This document shows, piece after piece, positions 19,142 to 34,002 of a stretch of DNA of 64,000 bases. The position numbers and the translations under genes are program-made. The notes under the pieces were generated by a model. That model was given only the letters and a program-made list of their open reading frames with translations, made no database searches and was not told the DNA's origin. This DNA is from Candidatus Avimuribaculum pullicola (GTDB lineage: Bacteria; Bacteroidota; Bacteroidia; Bacteroidales; Muribaculaceae). The stretch covers positions 10,576-74,575 of the forward strand of contig DVKC01000025.1 of NCBI GenBank assembly GCA_018716295.1, read 5' to 3'. Position 1 is the first letter of the stretch, and each line of letters begins with the position of its first letter.

Positions 19142-20386
19142 ATGAGAACTGTAATAAAGATAGTATTAGGTTTATCGGTGCTTATGGCTTTGCAGGGCAG
19201 CCTGCTGGCGCAAAAGCGTCTTGTTGACCAGGTGAAGCAAGACGTAAACAACATGTCGCTTACGGTGGACAACTACAAGGATGCAATCAACAAAATCGAA
19301 CCGGCATTGACCAACGAGGAAACCAAGGATGAGGCCGAGGCATGGTACACTGCTGGTGACTTGAATTTTAAATTGTATGACAAGTGCTTGGATTTGAAGT
19401 CGATAGGGCAAAGTGTTGATGAGAATTTGATGTACTCGGCTCTGATCGTCGGGTATGACAAGATGTTACATGCTCTGAAACTTGACTCAGTGCCAGAACT
19501 TGATAAAAAGGGCAACCCAAAACTCGACAAGAATGGACGGCCAAAAGTAAAAACCAAGTTTTCAAAGAAAATAGTAGAAACTCTGTATGAGCATTTCGAT
19601 GATTACAGGTTGGCTGGCAGCGTGTTTTATGTCAACTTGAAGAACTACGACAATGCCTATCGTGCATGGGACATTTACACTGTGATACCGTTTGCTGGAT
19701 ATGCCAAGCGTGGTAAGTTCAAGACCGACGATAACGCATTGGGAAAATATTGCTACATGAAAGGTGTGGCAGCAAAAATGGGCGGTGATAGTGCCAAAGC
19801 TCTCAACTCATTCCTCAGGGCCATTGAGCTTGGTTATGATAACAAAGATGTGTTTGACTTCGCAATCAATTGTGCCGAGGATATAGACAACGAGGAGATG
19901 GTGGTGACATTGGTGCGCAAGGCATACGAACATTATGGGAAAGAAGACCCTAAATATATCACCTTCCTCATAAACTATGCGATAACCAATAAGAATTATG
20001 CCGTGGCTACCCAGGTAATTGACATGGCAATAGCCGAGTTTCCAAATAATGCGGAATACTACGACTTGAAAGGTGTGCTCGTGGAGAGCCAGACGGGTAG
20101 CATAGAGAACTCATACGAATATTTCAAGAAATGTCTTGAAATAGACCCGGAACATGTCAACGGCAACTTCGACATGGGGCGATACTATTATAACTTGGCT
20201 TTAAAGACCGAGAAAGAGCCAAGTGCAACTTCGGCACAGATTATTGCCCAGTTTGCCAAGGCCAAGCCGTATCTCGAAAAGGCATATAATGCCAATCCTT
20301 CAAATTCGGCTGCCAAGGACGCACTGAAAAATATATATTACCACTTGGGTGACGCTGCGAAGTTCGAGCAACTTGAACAGCAATAA
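19142..20386 (+). CDS. Secreted TPR-repeat protein
   Basis: Signal peptide (MRTVIKIVLGLSVLMALQGSLLA) followed by repeated Ala/Tyr/Asn-rich TPR-like helices. Confidence 0.7.
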   Translation: MRTVIKIVLGLSVLMALQGSLLAQKRLVDQVKQDVNNMSLTVDNYKDAINKIEPALTNEETKDEAEAWYTAGDLNFKLYDKCLDLKSIGQSVDENLMYSALIVGYDKMLHALKLDSVPELDKKGNPKLDKNGRPKVKTKFSKKIVETLYEHFDDYRLAGSVFYVNLKNYDNAYRAWDIYTVIPFAGYAKRGKFKTDDNALGKYCYMKGVAAKMGGDSAKALNSFLRAIELGYDNKDVFDFAINCAEDIDNEEMVVTLVRKAYEHYGKEDPKYITFLINYAITNKNYAVATQVIDMAIAEFPNNAEYYDLKGVLVESQTGSIENSYEYFKKCLEIDPEHVNGNFDMGRYYYNLALKTEKEPSATSAQIIAQFAKAKPYLEKAYNANPSNSAAKDALKNIYYHLGDAAKFEQLEQQ

Positions 20387-20484
20387 GCCAAGTGGGAGGA
20401 TTCTGCATGAAAGTTTCGGCGTGGCACTGACCATGTAATGGGTGTAGTGTCGCGCCGAAACCCATTTTTAGAACCTTGACGTAG

Positions 20485-21768
<1,284 letters not shown>

Positions 21769-21841
21769 TCATTCATTTTAAATGGTTTTCGCAATTGGGG
21801 CTGGTACAATCCGCGCCAATCCCCGTCACAATTTCTCAAAG

Positions 21842-21849
21842 CAAAAGTA
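21842..21849 (-). promoter_or_regulatory. Bacteroidetes -7 box (TACTTTTG on minus strand)
   Basis: Perfect match about 77 nt upstream of the eno start. Confidence 0.35.
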
Positions 21850-21982
21850 TCAAATCACAACAACAAAATCAATCCCCATTAATAGGGATAATCTCCCTGT
21901 AAATCTACCAGAAGTTGGCTGTGGATACAGCAATGGCCGGGCGGGGGTGCCTCGGCCATTGTTGTGTTGTTGGGGGTGGGGA

Positions 21983-23884
21983 TTACTTCTGGGTGAGGAT
22001 GCCGAGTTCGGCGACGGTGATGAAGTCGCGTTGCTCGATCTCGCGGGTTGATTCGAAGCGGAAGTAGCGTGCGCTGCATGGCTTGTCGAATGCCACCTTT
22101 TGGAGTACGGTGTTGTGCATGATGTTGCCAAATTCGGCGTTCTTCTTCACTTGTGTCCACTTCTTGCCGTCGGTGCTTACATAGAAGTTGTAGTAATAAA
22201 CGGTACCGGCCTTGCCGTCGTTTTCAGTAGGCAGGTAGGCAAATCCGGTGATGTTGTCGATTACCGAGCCCATATCAACTTCTATCATCGGTTTCTTGCC
22301 CTGTGCGCTGCGCCAAACAGTGGTTATGTCGCCGTCGATTGCGGCTTTTGCGCCTGTGGTGCCGCCAGTGGCTGCTGTTACAGTCCATTTGTCAACTTGC
22401 ACGTCGCTTACGGCTTGCCCTTCGGGCATTGCCGAGAGTTCTTCAACGCAGTAAGCCGAGATTTTCTTGATGTTGGCGGTGTTGCGTGACTGGTTGACTG
22501 TCAATTTCAATGCCGTGGCTTCGACTGCCGGGAAGCGAAGCATACGCTTGTAGCCGATTGTGGAGCCGCTGCCTACTTCTACCCAGTTGCCATCGACCAT
22601 TGCCGACAGTGTGAATGCTTCCACACGTTGACCCTTTGCGATGTCTTCTTGCAAGGTTATAGAGTTGACTTTGGTAGCTTGCGGCAGTTCGCACACGAGT
22701 TCGCCGCCTTGTTCTACTTGTGACGGGGTGAATGTAGTCAGCAAGTCGTTGGCGAAATTGCGGGTGATATATTCGTTGAGTTCCTTGATGCGTTGTACGT
22801 CGATGTCGCAAAGCAGACCTTCGGTGGTCGGCGGTATGTTGAGCAACAGCACTGAGTTGCGGCCTACCGATTCGTAGTAAATGTCAACCAACTTGGCGAG
22901 CGATTTCACGTCGCTGTCTTGTTCGGGGTGATAGAACCATCCCGGACGAATCGATACGTCAACTTCAGACGGATACCAGAACATTTCGTTAGCACGTGTC
23001 ACGAGGTCACGGCTGCCGAGGTCGTTACCAGTTTCCTTGAGCCCGAGTGCGTTCTTGATTGAGTCGGCATTGGCATATCCGCCCGGAGGCAATACGGTTG
23101 CACTCCACTCGCATTCGCGGCCAAGTCCCTTTTCGTTGCCTACCCAGCGCACGTCGTCGCCCATGATTGCCGTCACGGCATTGGGTTGCAACTTGTGGAT
23201 TACGTCGTAGTAGCGAGTCCAGTCATACACTTGTTGTTTGCCGTTGGGGCCTTCGGCGCAAGCACCGTCGAACCACACTTCATGCACTTCGCCATAATTG
23301 GTGAGAAGTTCGGTGAGTTGTTCAACAAAGAAGTCGTTGTAGGCTGGTGAATCGCCATAGCACTCGGCGTTACGATCCCAAGGCGAGAGGTAAACGCCGA
23401 ATTTCATTCCATATTTGTCGCAAGCCTCGCGTAATTCTTTCACTACGTCGCCCTTGCCGTCGCGCCATGGCGATGAAGCCACAGAGTGTTTTGTGGTCTT
23501 GGTCGGCCACAGGCAGAAGCCGTCGTGGTGCTTTGCAGTGATGATTACGAGCTTGAACCCGCCATCTTTCAATGCTTTCACCCATTGGTCGGCATCAAGC
23601 TTTTCGGGGTTGAAGATTGCAGGGTCTTCGCTGCCATCGCCCCATTCACGGCCAGTGAATGTGTTGATGCCGAAGTGCAGGAATGCCGTCATTTCAAGTT
23701 CTTGCCATGCAAGTTGGCGTTGTGATGGTACGAGGCGCGAAGCCATGTCGATTTTCTGTTCGGCAGTGGCGTCGGCCGGGAATGTCACATGTTTCTCATA
23801 ATAGGTTTCGCTCCCGCCGCACGATGCCAGCAGCAGTGTGCCGCCAGTGAGCAATGAAGCCAGTGCATTTTTGAGTGTCATCAT
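21983..23884 (-). CDS. GH29 alpha-L-fucosidase with C-terminal discoidin (F5/8 type C) domains
   Basis: Lipoprotein signal (LLLASCGG), then GH29-like core (HHDGFCLWPT, SPWD) and C-terminal carbohydrate-binding-type repeats. Confidence 0.85.
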   Translation of the reverse strand: MMTLKNALASLLTGGTLLLASCGGSETYYEKHVTFPADATAEQKIDMASRLVPSQRQLAWQELEMTAFLHFGINTFTGREWGDGSEDPAIFNPEKLDADQWVKALKDGGFKLVIITAKHHDGFCLWPTKTTKHSVASSPWRDGKGDVVKELREACDKYGMKFGVYLSPWDRNAECYGDSPAYNDFFVEQLTELLTNYGEVHEVWFDGACAEGPNGKQQVYDWTRYYDVIHKLQPNAVTAIMGDDVRWVGNEKGLGRECEWSATVLPPGGYANADSIKNALGLKETGNDLGSRDLVTRANEMFWYPSEVDVSIRPGWFYHPEQDSDVKSLAKLVDIYYESVGRNSVLLLNIPPTTEGLLCDIDVQRIKELNEYITRNFANDLLTTFTPSQVEQGGELVCELPQATKVNSITLQEDIAKGQRVEAFTLSAMVDGNWVEVGSGSTIGYKRMLRFPAVEATALKLTVNQSRNTANIKKISAYCVEELSAMPEGQAVSDVQVDKWTVTAATGGTTGAKAAIDGDITTVWRSAQGKKPMIEVDMGSVIDNITGFAYLPTENDGKAGTVYYYNFYVSTDGKKWTQVKKNAEFGNIMHNTVLQKVAFDKPCSARYFRFESTREIEQRDFITVAELGILTQK

Positions 23885-23889
23885 AAGTG

Positions 23890-26988
<3,099 letters not shown>

Positions 26989-27019
26989 TTATGTGTAGGT
27001 TTGTTTATTTAAAAGTTAA

Positions 27020-27068
27020 GGCAATGGTTGCTTTTCCTTATTTGCATGGCTGAAAGTCAACCATTGCC
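27020..27068 (-). terminator. Hairpin downstream of the GH20 gene
   Basis: An 11-bp perfect stem (ggcaatggttg / caaccattgcc) with a 27-nt loop, between the GH20 stop and the GH2 start. Confidence 0.35.
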
Positions 27069-27089
27069 GTTTAATACTTTTACGTGTGG

Positions 27090-29387
27090 TTATTCCACTA
27101 TTATTTCATCGAAATATACCCACGTGTCTTGCCCTTCCTTGAAGTCGCCTTTGGGGCATTTGCCAGGGTTGGTAAATTCCACTTTCACGTAGCGGCCAGA
27201 TGTTGCAAGATTGTCGAATTCAGTATCTTCGATTGCAGTGCGTGTGCGGAACACCTCGTCGTGGGTGTACGACTTGGCTGCAACTTGCTTGAACGATTTG
27301 TTGTCGTTCGACACCGAGATGGCAATTTCGGCAGGAATGTGCACGCCCATGCTTGAATTGTTGATGCATCCCAGCACGATGCGCTTTATTGAAGTGCGTT
27401 TGCCCAGGTCGATGACGAAAGAGCCATCCTTGGCATACCAGCCAGCCCATTCGAAGTCGGAGTGGCGGTCGCTTCCGCGCAAGCCATTGGTGAGTACGTA
27501 GTCGTTGGCTACGTCGCTTGTGGCTTTTCGGCCAGTTGCTTTGTTGAAGTTCACGTTGAGCGTCAACACTTCGCCCACTTGTTCACCACCTTGGAATGTA
27601 GTGGCTTTTACGACTGTAGTCTTTTTCACATCAAAAGGTTTGTTGTATAGTTTTGATGTGCTTGAGGGTTGTGTGCCATCGGTGGTATAGCGTATTTCCA
27701 CATCGGGGCGAATGCACGACATTTCAACCGTCGTTTTGCCTTTGACGTTTGGTGTGAGTTTATGGTCGATGTTGTACATCGAGCGGGCATAATTAATGCC
27801 CATTGTCTGCAAACGTGGCAATTGTGCATCGGTGCGAATCAAGAAGTCTTGCCAGTCTTTATTGCCCTGTTGGCACCATGCTACCTCGGCAGCCGCGAGC
27901 AAGCGTGGGAACAGCTGGTGGTGTACATCGGCAGCCGAGCGGCAAAATTCAGTCCACATCGAGGCTTGGATACCCATGAGCAGGTTGGCATATTCGGGCT
28001 TCCATTTGGGTTGAATAGGTTCATATTCATACACGTCTTTCAACGTTATGTTGCCGAAGTAGGTGTAAGGTTCAAACCATTGCGGCCCTTGGTAGCGAAT
28101 GAAATAAAGCACTCTTGCCGGGGTCATTATGAACTTGTGACCCTGGTCGGCAGCCTTGGTGGCTGCTTCGCCAAATCCGCGCCAGCCGTAAATGATTATG
28201 TCGTCGGGCAATTTGTGATTTGTCAGTTCGTCCCAACCCATCGGTATTTTTCCCTTGCTGCGCACGTAGTCGCTCATGCGTTGCATGAAATATCCTTGCA
28301 AGTCTTCAAGGTTGTCGAGGTTCTCGGTTTCCATTCGAGCTTTGCATAGCGGGCAACGCCCCCAGTAGGTTTTTACTGCTTCGTCGCCACCGAGGTGGAT
28401 ATATTGTGACGGGAAGAGCTGCATCACTTCGTCAAGCACGTTTTCAAGGAATGTGAACACGCTGTCATTGCCGGCACAGTAGATGTATTGTGTGTTTATG
28501 CCTCCGCCGCCAGGCAGCACGGTGATGGGTGCATCGACCGACGGGCAAGCCAGTTCGGGGTAAGCGGCAAGCGATGACGATGTGTGTGCAGGCATTTCTA
28601 TCTCGGGGATAACTTCAATTTGGCGTTCGGCAGCGAAAGCCACTATGTCGCGTATGTCGTCTTGCGTGTAGTAGCCGCCTTCATTTGGGACTTCTCCAGG
28701 ACGTTGGTTGGGTCTGGCTGGGAACACTTCGTCGCGGTGCATTCTCCATGCTCCCACTTGCATCAGTTTGGGGTAACGCTTTATTTCGATGCGCCACCCG
28801 GTGTCGTCAACTAAGTGCAGGTGCAACTTGTTGATTTTAAGCATTGCTGCAATGTCGATTAATTTCAGCAATTCACTTTTGGGCAAGAAGTTGCGTGCCA
28901 CGTCAACCATCAAACTGCGGTAGCCAAATCGTGGACTGTCTTCGATTTGCATTACAGGGACTTGCCACTTGGCATCTTGTTGCAGTTCGCAGCCGTCGAA
29001 TGCGGCAGGCAACAATTGGCGCAGAGTCTGCAAGGCATAGAAGAAACCTGGCGTGTCGGCTGCTTTGATGTTTATGGCACTCGGGGTTACATCAAGCTTG
29101 TAACCCTCGGCTGGCAATGAGGCATCGGTTGTGAACATTATGTTGCCATTGTTGCCGATGCTTGTGGCTGGTATGAAACCAGCGGCTTTGCCAAAGTGGC
29201 TTGCAAACAATTGAGCCACTTCAAGCTGTTGGACATTCTCGACAGCTATCTTGGTGTCGCTGTCGAATGTGAAATAGCCCTCACCCTCGGTCACTGATAC
29301 AGGTGCCGGAATAACAGGCAATGTTGCAGCCCATGTGAATAGGCTGCAACATATTGCGACAAACGTCGTTGCGAATAGGCGTTTCAT
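27090..29387 (-). CDS. GH20 beta-N-acetylhexosaminidase with C-terminal discoidin domain
   Basis: HLHLVDD and IHLGGDE catalytic region, signal peptide, F5/8-type-C-like C-terminus. Confidence 0.9.
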   Translation of the reverse strand: MKRLFATTFVAICCSLFTWAATLPVIPAPVSVTEGEGYFTFDSDTKIAVENVQQLEVAQLFASHFGKAAGFIPATSIGNNGNIMFTTDASLPAEGYKLDVTPSAINIKAADTPGFFYALQTLRQLLPAAFDGCELQQDAKWQVPVMQIEDSPRFGYRSLMVDVARNFLPKSELLKLIDIAAMLKINKLHLHLVDDTGWRIEIKRYPKLMQVGAWRMHRDEVFPARPNQRPGEVPNEGGYYTQDDIRDIVAFAAERQIEVIPEIEMPAHTSSSLAAYPELACPSVDAPITVLPGGGGINTQYIYCAGNDSVFTFLENVLDEVMQLFPSQYIHLGGDEAVKTYWGRCPLCKARMETENLDNLEDLQGYFMQRMSDYVRSKGKIPMGWDELTNHKLPDDIIIYGWRGFGEAATKAADQGHKFIMTPARVLYFIRYQGPQWFEPYTYFGNITLKDVYEYEPIQPKWKPEYANLLMGIQASMWTEFCRSAADVHHQLFPRLLAAAEVAWCQQGNKDWQDFLIRTDAQLPRLQTMGINYARSMYNIDHKLTPNVKGKTTVEMSCIRPDVEIRYTTDGTQPSSTSKLYNKPFDVKKTTVVKATTFQGGEQVGEVLTLNVNFNKATGRKATSDVANDYVLTNGLRGSDRHSDFEWAGWYAKDGSFVIDLGKRTSIKRIVLGCINNSSMGVHIPAEIAISVSNDNKSFKQVAAKSYTHDEVFRTRTAIEDTEFDNLATSGRYVKVEFTNPGKCPKGDFKEGQDTWVYFDEIIVE

Positions 29388-29397
29388 CTCTGTTTAT

Positions 29398-30999
29398 TTA
29401 GATTTCTTCGTTGATTGGATATTTTTCGAGTATTGGGTCGGCATACTGTATTTGCAGACGTTTGAGTTCTTTCATCAGTTCCTTGGTAGTTTCTTCAGTA
29501 CCGGGCTTGCCATAGATGTTGTTCATCTCGTGCGGGTCGGCTTGCAGGTCATAGAGTTCCCATTGGTCGATGTCGTTGTAGAAGTGTATGAGTTTGTAGC
29601 GGTCGGTGCGTACACCATAGTGGCGTTTTACGCTATGCTCGGCTGGGTATTCATAGAAATGGTAGTAGAGCGATGTGCGCCAATCGGCAGGTTGCTCGCC
29701 GCGAAGAAGCGGTACAAGCGATACGCCCTGTATGTCGTCGGGTATCGGTGCGCCAGCCAGTTCGAGGAATGTCGGTGCGTAGTCGATGTTCTGTACCATT
29801 TGTGGTATGTCGCCGCGCTTGTCATATCCTTTGGGCAAGTGCATGATGAGAGGTGTGTGCATTGATTCTTCATACATGAATCGCTTGTCAAACCATCCAT
29901 GCTCGCCCATGTAAAATCCTTGGTCGGAGGTATATACTACCAGTGTATTGTCGAGCAATCCTTTTTCTTCAAGGTAGTCGAGCACACGTCCCACATTGTC
30001 GTCGAGTGATTTCACCACCTTGCTGTAGTCGCGCATGTAACGCTGGTATTTCCATTCGGCGAGTTCCTTGCCTGTCAGTTTCTGGGCATAGAAATCGGCA
30101 GCAATCGAGTCGTAGAAGGCATCGAATGCCTTGCGGTCGGCTTCGTCCATGCGGCCAACGTATTTTTCGTAGGTTTCTTTCAGTCGCGATGTTTTGTCCT
30201 TGCCATCCATCTTCAGGTCGTAGATAAGATCCATGTCCTTGTAGATGCTCATTTCTTGCGCTGCTGCGGCTTGGCGGCCAGCATAGTCGTCATAGAAGTT
30301 TTCGGGCAGGGCATACGTGCTGTCTTCGTATTCGTGCAGGTATTTTATTTCGGGCAGCCAGTTGCGGTGTATGGCTTTGTGGTGAATGAACAAGCAGAAT
30401 GGTTTGTTTTTATCGCGTTGGTTTTCCATCCAATCAATGCTCATGTCCGATATTATGTTGGTCAAGTAGCCTTGGCGTTGTATGGTGTCATTGGTCATTG
30501 TGATGAAGTCGGGATTGTAGTAGTCGCCTTGTCCAGGTACTATTTCCCAATAGTCAAATCCAGTCGGAAGGCTTTCCAAGTGCCACTTTCCGATGATTGC
30601 GGTTTGGTAACCAGCTTGTTGAAGCAATTTAGGCATGGTCTGTTGCGAGCCGTCGAATACGCAAGTAGTATTGTCGGTAAATCCGTTGGCATGGCTGTGC
30701 TTGCCGGTAATCATGCAGGCGCGGCTGGGACCGCTCAGCGAGTTGGCGACGAAGCTGTTGGTAAATCGCACGCCATCGCGAGCAATGCGGTCGAGGTTTG
30801 GGGTTTGGATAAAATGGCTTCCATAGCAACTCATCATCTGTGCCGTGTGGTCATCGGTCATGATGTAAACTATGTTAAGCGGTTTGGTTTCCTCTTTGGC
30901 TTGTTGGCAAGATGTCAAGCCGCCAGCCAAAGCACCTGCGCCTATCATTGTGAATAGGGCTTTGGAATTAAGATTGTGCATATTAAAGTTTTTAGGCAT
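29398..30999 (-). CDS. Sulfatase (formylglycine-dependent, Ser-type motif)
   Basis: IMTDDH metal-site N-terminus. The active-site box reads S-G-P-S-R-A-C-M-I-T-G, which is SxPxR rather than CxPxR. An alternative start lies at 30981. Confidence 0.85.
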   Translation of the reverse strand: MPKNFNMHNLNSKALFTMIGAGALAGGLTSCQQAKEETKPLNIVYIMTDDHTAQMMSCYGSHFIQTPNLDRIARDGVRFTNSFVANSLSGPSRACMITGKHSHANGFTDNTTCVFDGSQQTMPKLLQQAGYQTAIIGKWHLESLPTGFDYWEIVPGQGDYYNPDFITMTNDTIQRQGYLTNIISDMSIDWMENQRDKNKPFCLFIHHKAIHRNWLPEIKYLHEYEDSTYALPENFYDDYAGRQAAAAQEMSIYKDMDLIYDLKMDGKDKTSRLKETYEKYVGRMDEADRKAFDAFYDSIAADFYAQKLTGKELAEWKYQRYMRDYSKVVKSLDDNVGRVLDYLEEKGLLDNTLVVYTSDQGFYMGEHGWFDKRFMYEESMHTPLIMHLPKGYDKRGDIPQMVQNIDYAPTFLELAGAPIPDDIQGVSLVPLLRGEQPADWRTSLYYHFYEYPAEHSVKRHYGVRTDRYKLIHFYNDIDQWELYDLQADPHEMNNIYGKPGTEETTKELMKELKRLQIQYADPILEKYPINEEI

Positions 31000-31037
31000 T
31001 AATGGGTTTTATATAAAATCTACATACACGCATTGTA

Positions 31038-31045
31038 CAAATGTA
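31038..31045 (-). promoter_or_regulatory. Bacteroidetes -7 box (TACATTTG on minus strand)
   Basis: Perfect match about 39 nt upstream of the sulfatase start. Confidence 0.35.
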
Positions 31046-31172
31046 GGCATTTTTTCGGTCAACGCATAGCCATGATTGATTTATTAATGTTGTCGCTTAT
31101 GGGTTTTGCATTATTTAACCCAAATCGGTGTTTTTTGGCTTTTCACTGATATACATAAATCGTATGTGGAAA

Positions 31173-31979
31173 TCACACAGTGATTTGCTTGTCGAGCAGG
31201 CGATGCTTGACAATGAGGCGCAGACGGTCGGGGAGGAGCGAAACGGCAACGATGGCGATGCGGTTGAGCAAGCCGTTGACATATTGCCGCCGCCGCTTGA
31301 ACAGGCGTTTCAATGCGCCACTGACAAACCGTTGTGGAGTGGCGAGTGCGCCCACTTTCACGCCTATGCGTTGCAACTGGTGTGGCAACTTGAACAGGTC
31401 GGTGGCAATCCCGCCCGGGCATGCCGCCATGACGGTGATGCCGTCGTCGGCAAGTTCCACGTTGAGCGAGCGCGACATTACCCTGATGTAGGCTTTGGTG
31501 GCACTGTACATGGCTATGCCAGGCATTGGCATCCAGCACGACATCGACGACATGTTGAGTATGTAGCCGTGGCAATGCCGTTGTTTCATGTCGAGTGCGA
31601 ATGTGCGGCACAAGTGTGTCACCGCCCTAATATGTAGATCGATGAATAGGTCGATGCGCTCGGGTGGTGTGTCGGTGATGGTGCGGAATGAGAATATGCC
31701 GGCATTGTTAATGAGTATATCCACTTCATAGCCATTGGCGTGGCAGTATTCAAGCAACTGCATGTCGGCTCCTGGCTGTGACAGGTCGGCAAAATATGTG
31801 GGGAATTTACCGCTGGGGTTCAATGTTGCCAATTCTGCGGCAGTAAGTATTAATTCTTCCTGCTGGTTGCTGATTGCCAGTATGTTATGCCCTTTCTTGG
31901 CAAGTTGTCTTGCAAATTCGCGGCCTATGCCTGATGAAGCTCCAGTGACAAGTGCCACTGTCGTAGTGTCACTGTGCAT
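31173..31979 (-). CDS. Short-chain dehydrogenase/reductase (candidate hydroxysteroid dehydrogenase)
   Basis: TGASSGIG cofactor motif and YSATKAY catalytic Tyr/Lys. ATG 31979 avoids overlap with the upstream gene, and the track start 32006 is the alternative. Confidence 0.8.
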   Translation of the reverse strand: MHSDTTTVALVTGASSGIGREFARQLAKKGHNILAISNQQEELILTAAELATLNPSGKFPTYFADLSQPGADMQLLEYCHANGYEVDILINNAGIFSFRTITDTPPERIDLFIDLHIRAVTHLCRTFALDMKQRHCHGYILNMSSMSCWMPMPGIAMYSATKAYIRVMSRSLNVELADDGITVMAACPGGIATDLFKLPHQLQRIGVKVGALATPQRFVSGALKRLFKRRRQYVNGLLNRIAIVAVSLLPDRLRLIVKHRLLDKQITV

Positions 31980-33201
31980 TGCGGTGCTCGATTTGTTCGA
32001 TTTCACGTATCAGACACGGAGGCAGGTCGGTGCGGTGCTTGTGGCACGACATTTCGAGCGTGTACATTCGTGCTATGCAATAGTTGGTGTGGGTGCAGCC
32101 ACATCGTTCCTCGCCGGCGGCCATGCGGTTGACGAAATCGGGCTCGTTGAGCAATGCCCGGGCCATTTGCACAGCTTCAAAGCCGCAATTTAGCACATGT
32201 TCTATTCCCGAGCGCGACACGCAGCCGCCGACGTAGATTAGTGGCAATTTCACTTCGCGGCGCACTGTCAGCGCATCATCGAGGAAGTACAAGTCGCGGT
32301 ATGGTTCGTTTTTTATCATCATTTTGCCAAACATTCGCACCCCGTATTTCAGCCACCAGCAGTTCATGTAATGCGTCATGGTGCGTATGGGCATCTCGCC
32401 GCGCATCACATACATCGGGGCTTTGCTGACGAAGCCGCCGCTCAATACTAATGCATCGGCACCTGATTGTTCGAGTTCTTGTGCTATTTTTATTCCTTCG
32501 TCTATGCCATTGCCTCCCTTGAAGCCGTCGCGCATGTTGGTTTTCACCACTACGGCTACTTGTCCATTGGCGGCACGCATCACCTGTTCCATGCACAGGC
32601 GCATGAAGTTCATTCGGTTGTCGAGCGTCCCACCCCAGTGGTCGTGGCGGTGGTTGGTGTAGGGCGATAGGAACTGGCTTATCAGGTAACCATGTCCGGC
32701 GTGGATTTCTACGCAGTCAAATCCTGCATCGATGGCGAGCTTTACCGCCGAGCCGAAGTCGGCAGCCACTTGCCGTATCTCGTTTTCGTCCATGCCGTGG
32801 ACAAATGTCGGTGAGTATAGATTGAAGCCGCTTGATGCCGATATCGGTGTGCGTCCGGCGGTTGACCGGTGCGACATGTTTCCGCAATGTCCCAATTGTA
32901 TTGCGACTTTTGCACCAGTGAGGTGGATTGCATCGGTTAATTGGCGCAGCTCTCCGACGATTTCGGGGCGTATCCACAATTGGTTGTCAAACGATAGCCC
33001 ACTACGGTTGACCGATGCATAGGCTATAGTGGTCATTCCCACGCCACCGTTTGCCACTGATAGGTGGTAATCGGCCAGCATTTTTGAGGGGCGATGTCCA
33101 GGACACATGTTCTCGAATGCAGCCGAGCGAATGGTGCGGTTGCGCAGCGTCAGTGGCCTTATATGTGCTGGGGTGAATATATTGCTGTTTATCTGTGTCA
33201 T
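31969..33201 (-). CDS. Old-Yellow-Enzyme family NADH:flavin oxidoreductase
   Basis: OYE TIM-barrel pattern (RNRTIRSAAFE, VEIHAGHGYLISQFLSP). ATG at 33201 lies 3 nt after the stop of the 5-alpha-reductase-like gene, and the longer track ORF to 33375 overlaps that gene. Confidence 0.8.
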   Translation of the reverse strand: MTQINSNIFTPAHIRPLTLRNRTIRSAAFENMCPGHRPSKMLADYHLSVANGGVGMTTIAYASVNRSGLSFDNQLWIRPEIVGELRQLTDAIHLTGAKVAIQLGHCGNMSHRSTAGRTPISASSGFNLYSPTFVHGMDENEIRQVAADFGSAVKLAIDAGFDCVEIHAGHGYLISQFLSPYTNHRHDHWGGTLDNRMNFMRLCMEQVMRAANGQVAVVVKTNMRDGFKGGNGIDEGIKIAQELEQSGADALVLSGGFVSKAPMYVMRGEMPIRTMTHYMNCWWLKYGVRMFGKMMIKNEPYRDLYFLDDALTVRREVKLPLIYVGGCVSRSGIEHVLNCGFEAVQMARALLNEPDFVNRMAAGEERCGCTHTNYCIARMYTLEMSCHKHRTDLPPCLIREIEQIEHRNAQ

Positions 33202-33203
33202 TG

Positions 33204-33977
33204 TCAGTATATGTAAGGTATGATTCGGCGTAATTTCAGTTTGGTAAATTCTTCTCCGAATTCTTGGGAGTAGCGTTTGTATATTTGTTCGGCTCGTGGA
33301 GCAAGGTTGGCAAAAGTCCACAAGGCGAATACTGCACCCGCCCAAGACCACGTAAGGATAGCAAACCCAGTCCATTCAAGTAGCTCGCCAAAGTAGTTGG
33401 CACTCGACACATAGTTGAACATTCCTCCACGTGGCAGGTAGTGCTTGCTGTCGCCGGGGCGGCGCAGGTTGCGTATTATGCTGTCGCTGTTTATGTTTAT
33501 TGCCATTCCCATGAAAAATACCGTTACTCCAGCAACGAATTGCGGAGTGAACAGCCAGTCGATGCTGTAATGGTCGGCGGGTACGAGGTAGAACAGCCAG
33601 CCGCCTTGCATCACTGCGTTGAGCACGTTGAATATCACACCCATGGCGATTATCGACAGGGGCATTTGGTTGCTCCCCTTGATGAAAAAGGGGAAGATGA
33701 ACGCCCTTTGGAAGTAGTGCAACTGGAACAGCGTGAAAATTATTAGTGGTACGATTTGAAACTGCCGGTCGCTGCAATACCATAGTATGCCCATAGCGAT
33801 GAACACTGGGGCTTCCATCAGCACCCACCCGACGCGGTTGCCAATCGACGGGCCCCATCGGCGAGTGTACATCATTCCATATCCGGCGTTTATGAAGTGC
33901 AATGCCACATATACCACCACGGCAGTGATGGCCATTGCGGCAAGGAAAATGTTGAAGATGTCGATATCGTGCAGCAT
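33204..33977 (-). CDS. Steroid 5-alpha-reductase (3-oxo-5-alpha-steroid 4-dehydrogenase) family membrane protein
   Basis: Polytopic membrane protein with the C-terminal SRD5A-type block (SSANYFGELLEWTGFAI). Confidence 0.8.
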   Translation of the reverse strand: MLHDIDIFNIFLAAMAITAVVVYVALHFINAGYGMMYTRRWGPSIGNRVGWVLMEAPVFIAMGILWYCSDRQFQIVPLIIFTLFQLHYFQRAFIFPFFIKGSNQMPLSIIAMGVIFNVLNAVMQGGWLFYLVPADHYSIDWLFTPQFVAGVTVFFMGMAININSDSIIRNLRRPGDSKHYLPRGGMFNYVSSANYFGELLEWTGFAILTWSWAGAVFALWTFANLAPRAEQIYKRYSQEFGEEFTKLKLRRIIPYIY

Positions 33978-34002
33978 CGGTAGTAAAAAGTTTGTAATGC
34001 TG

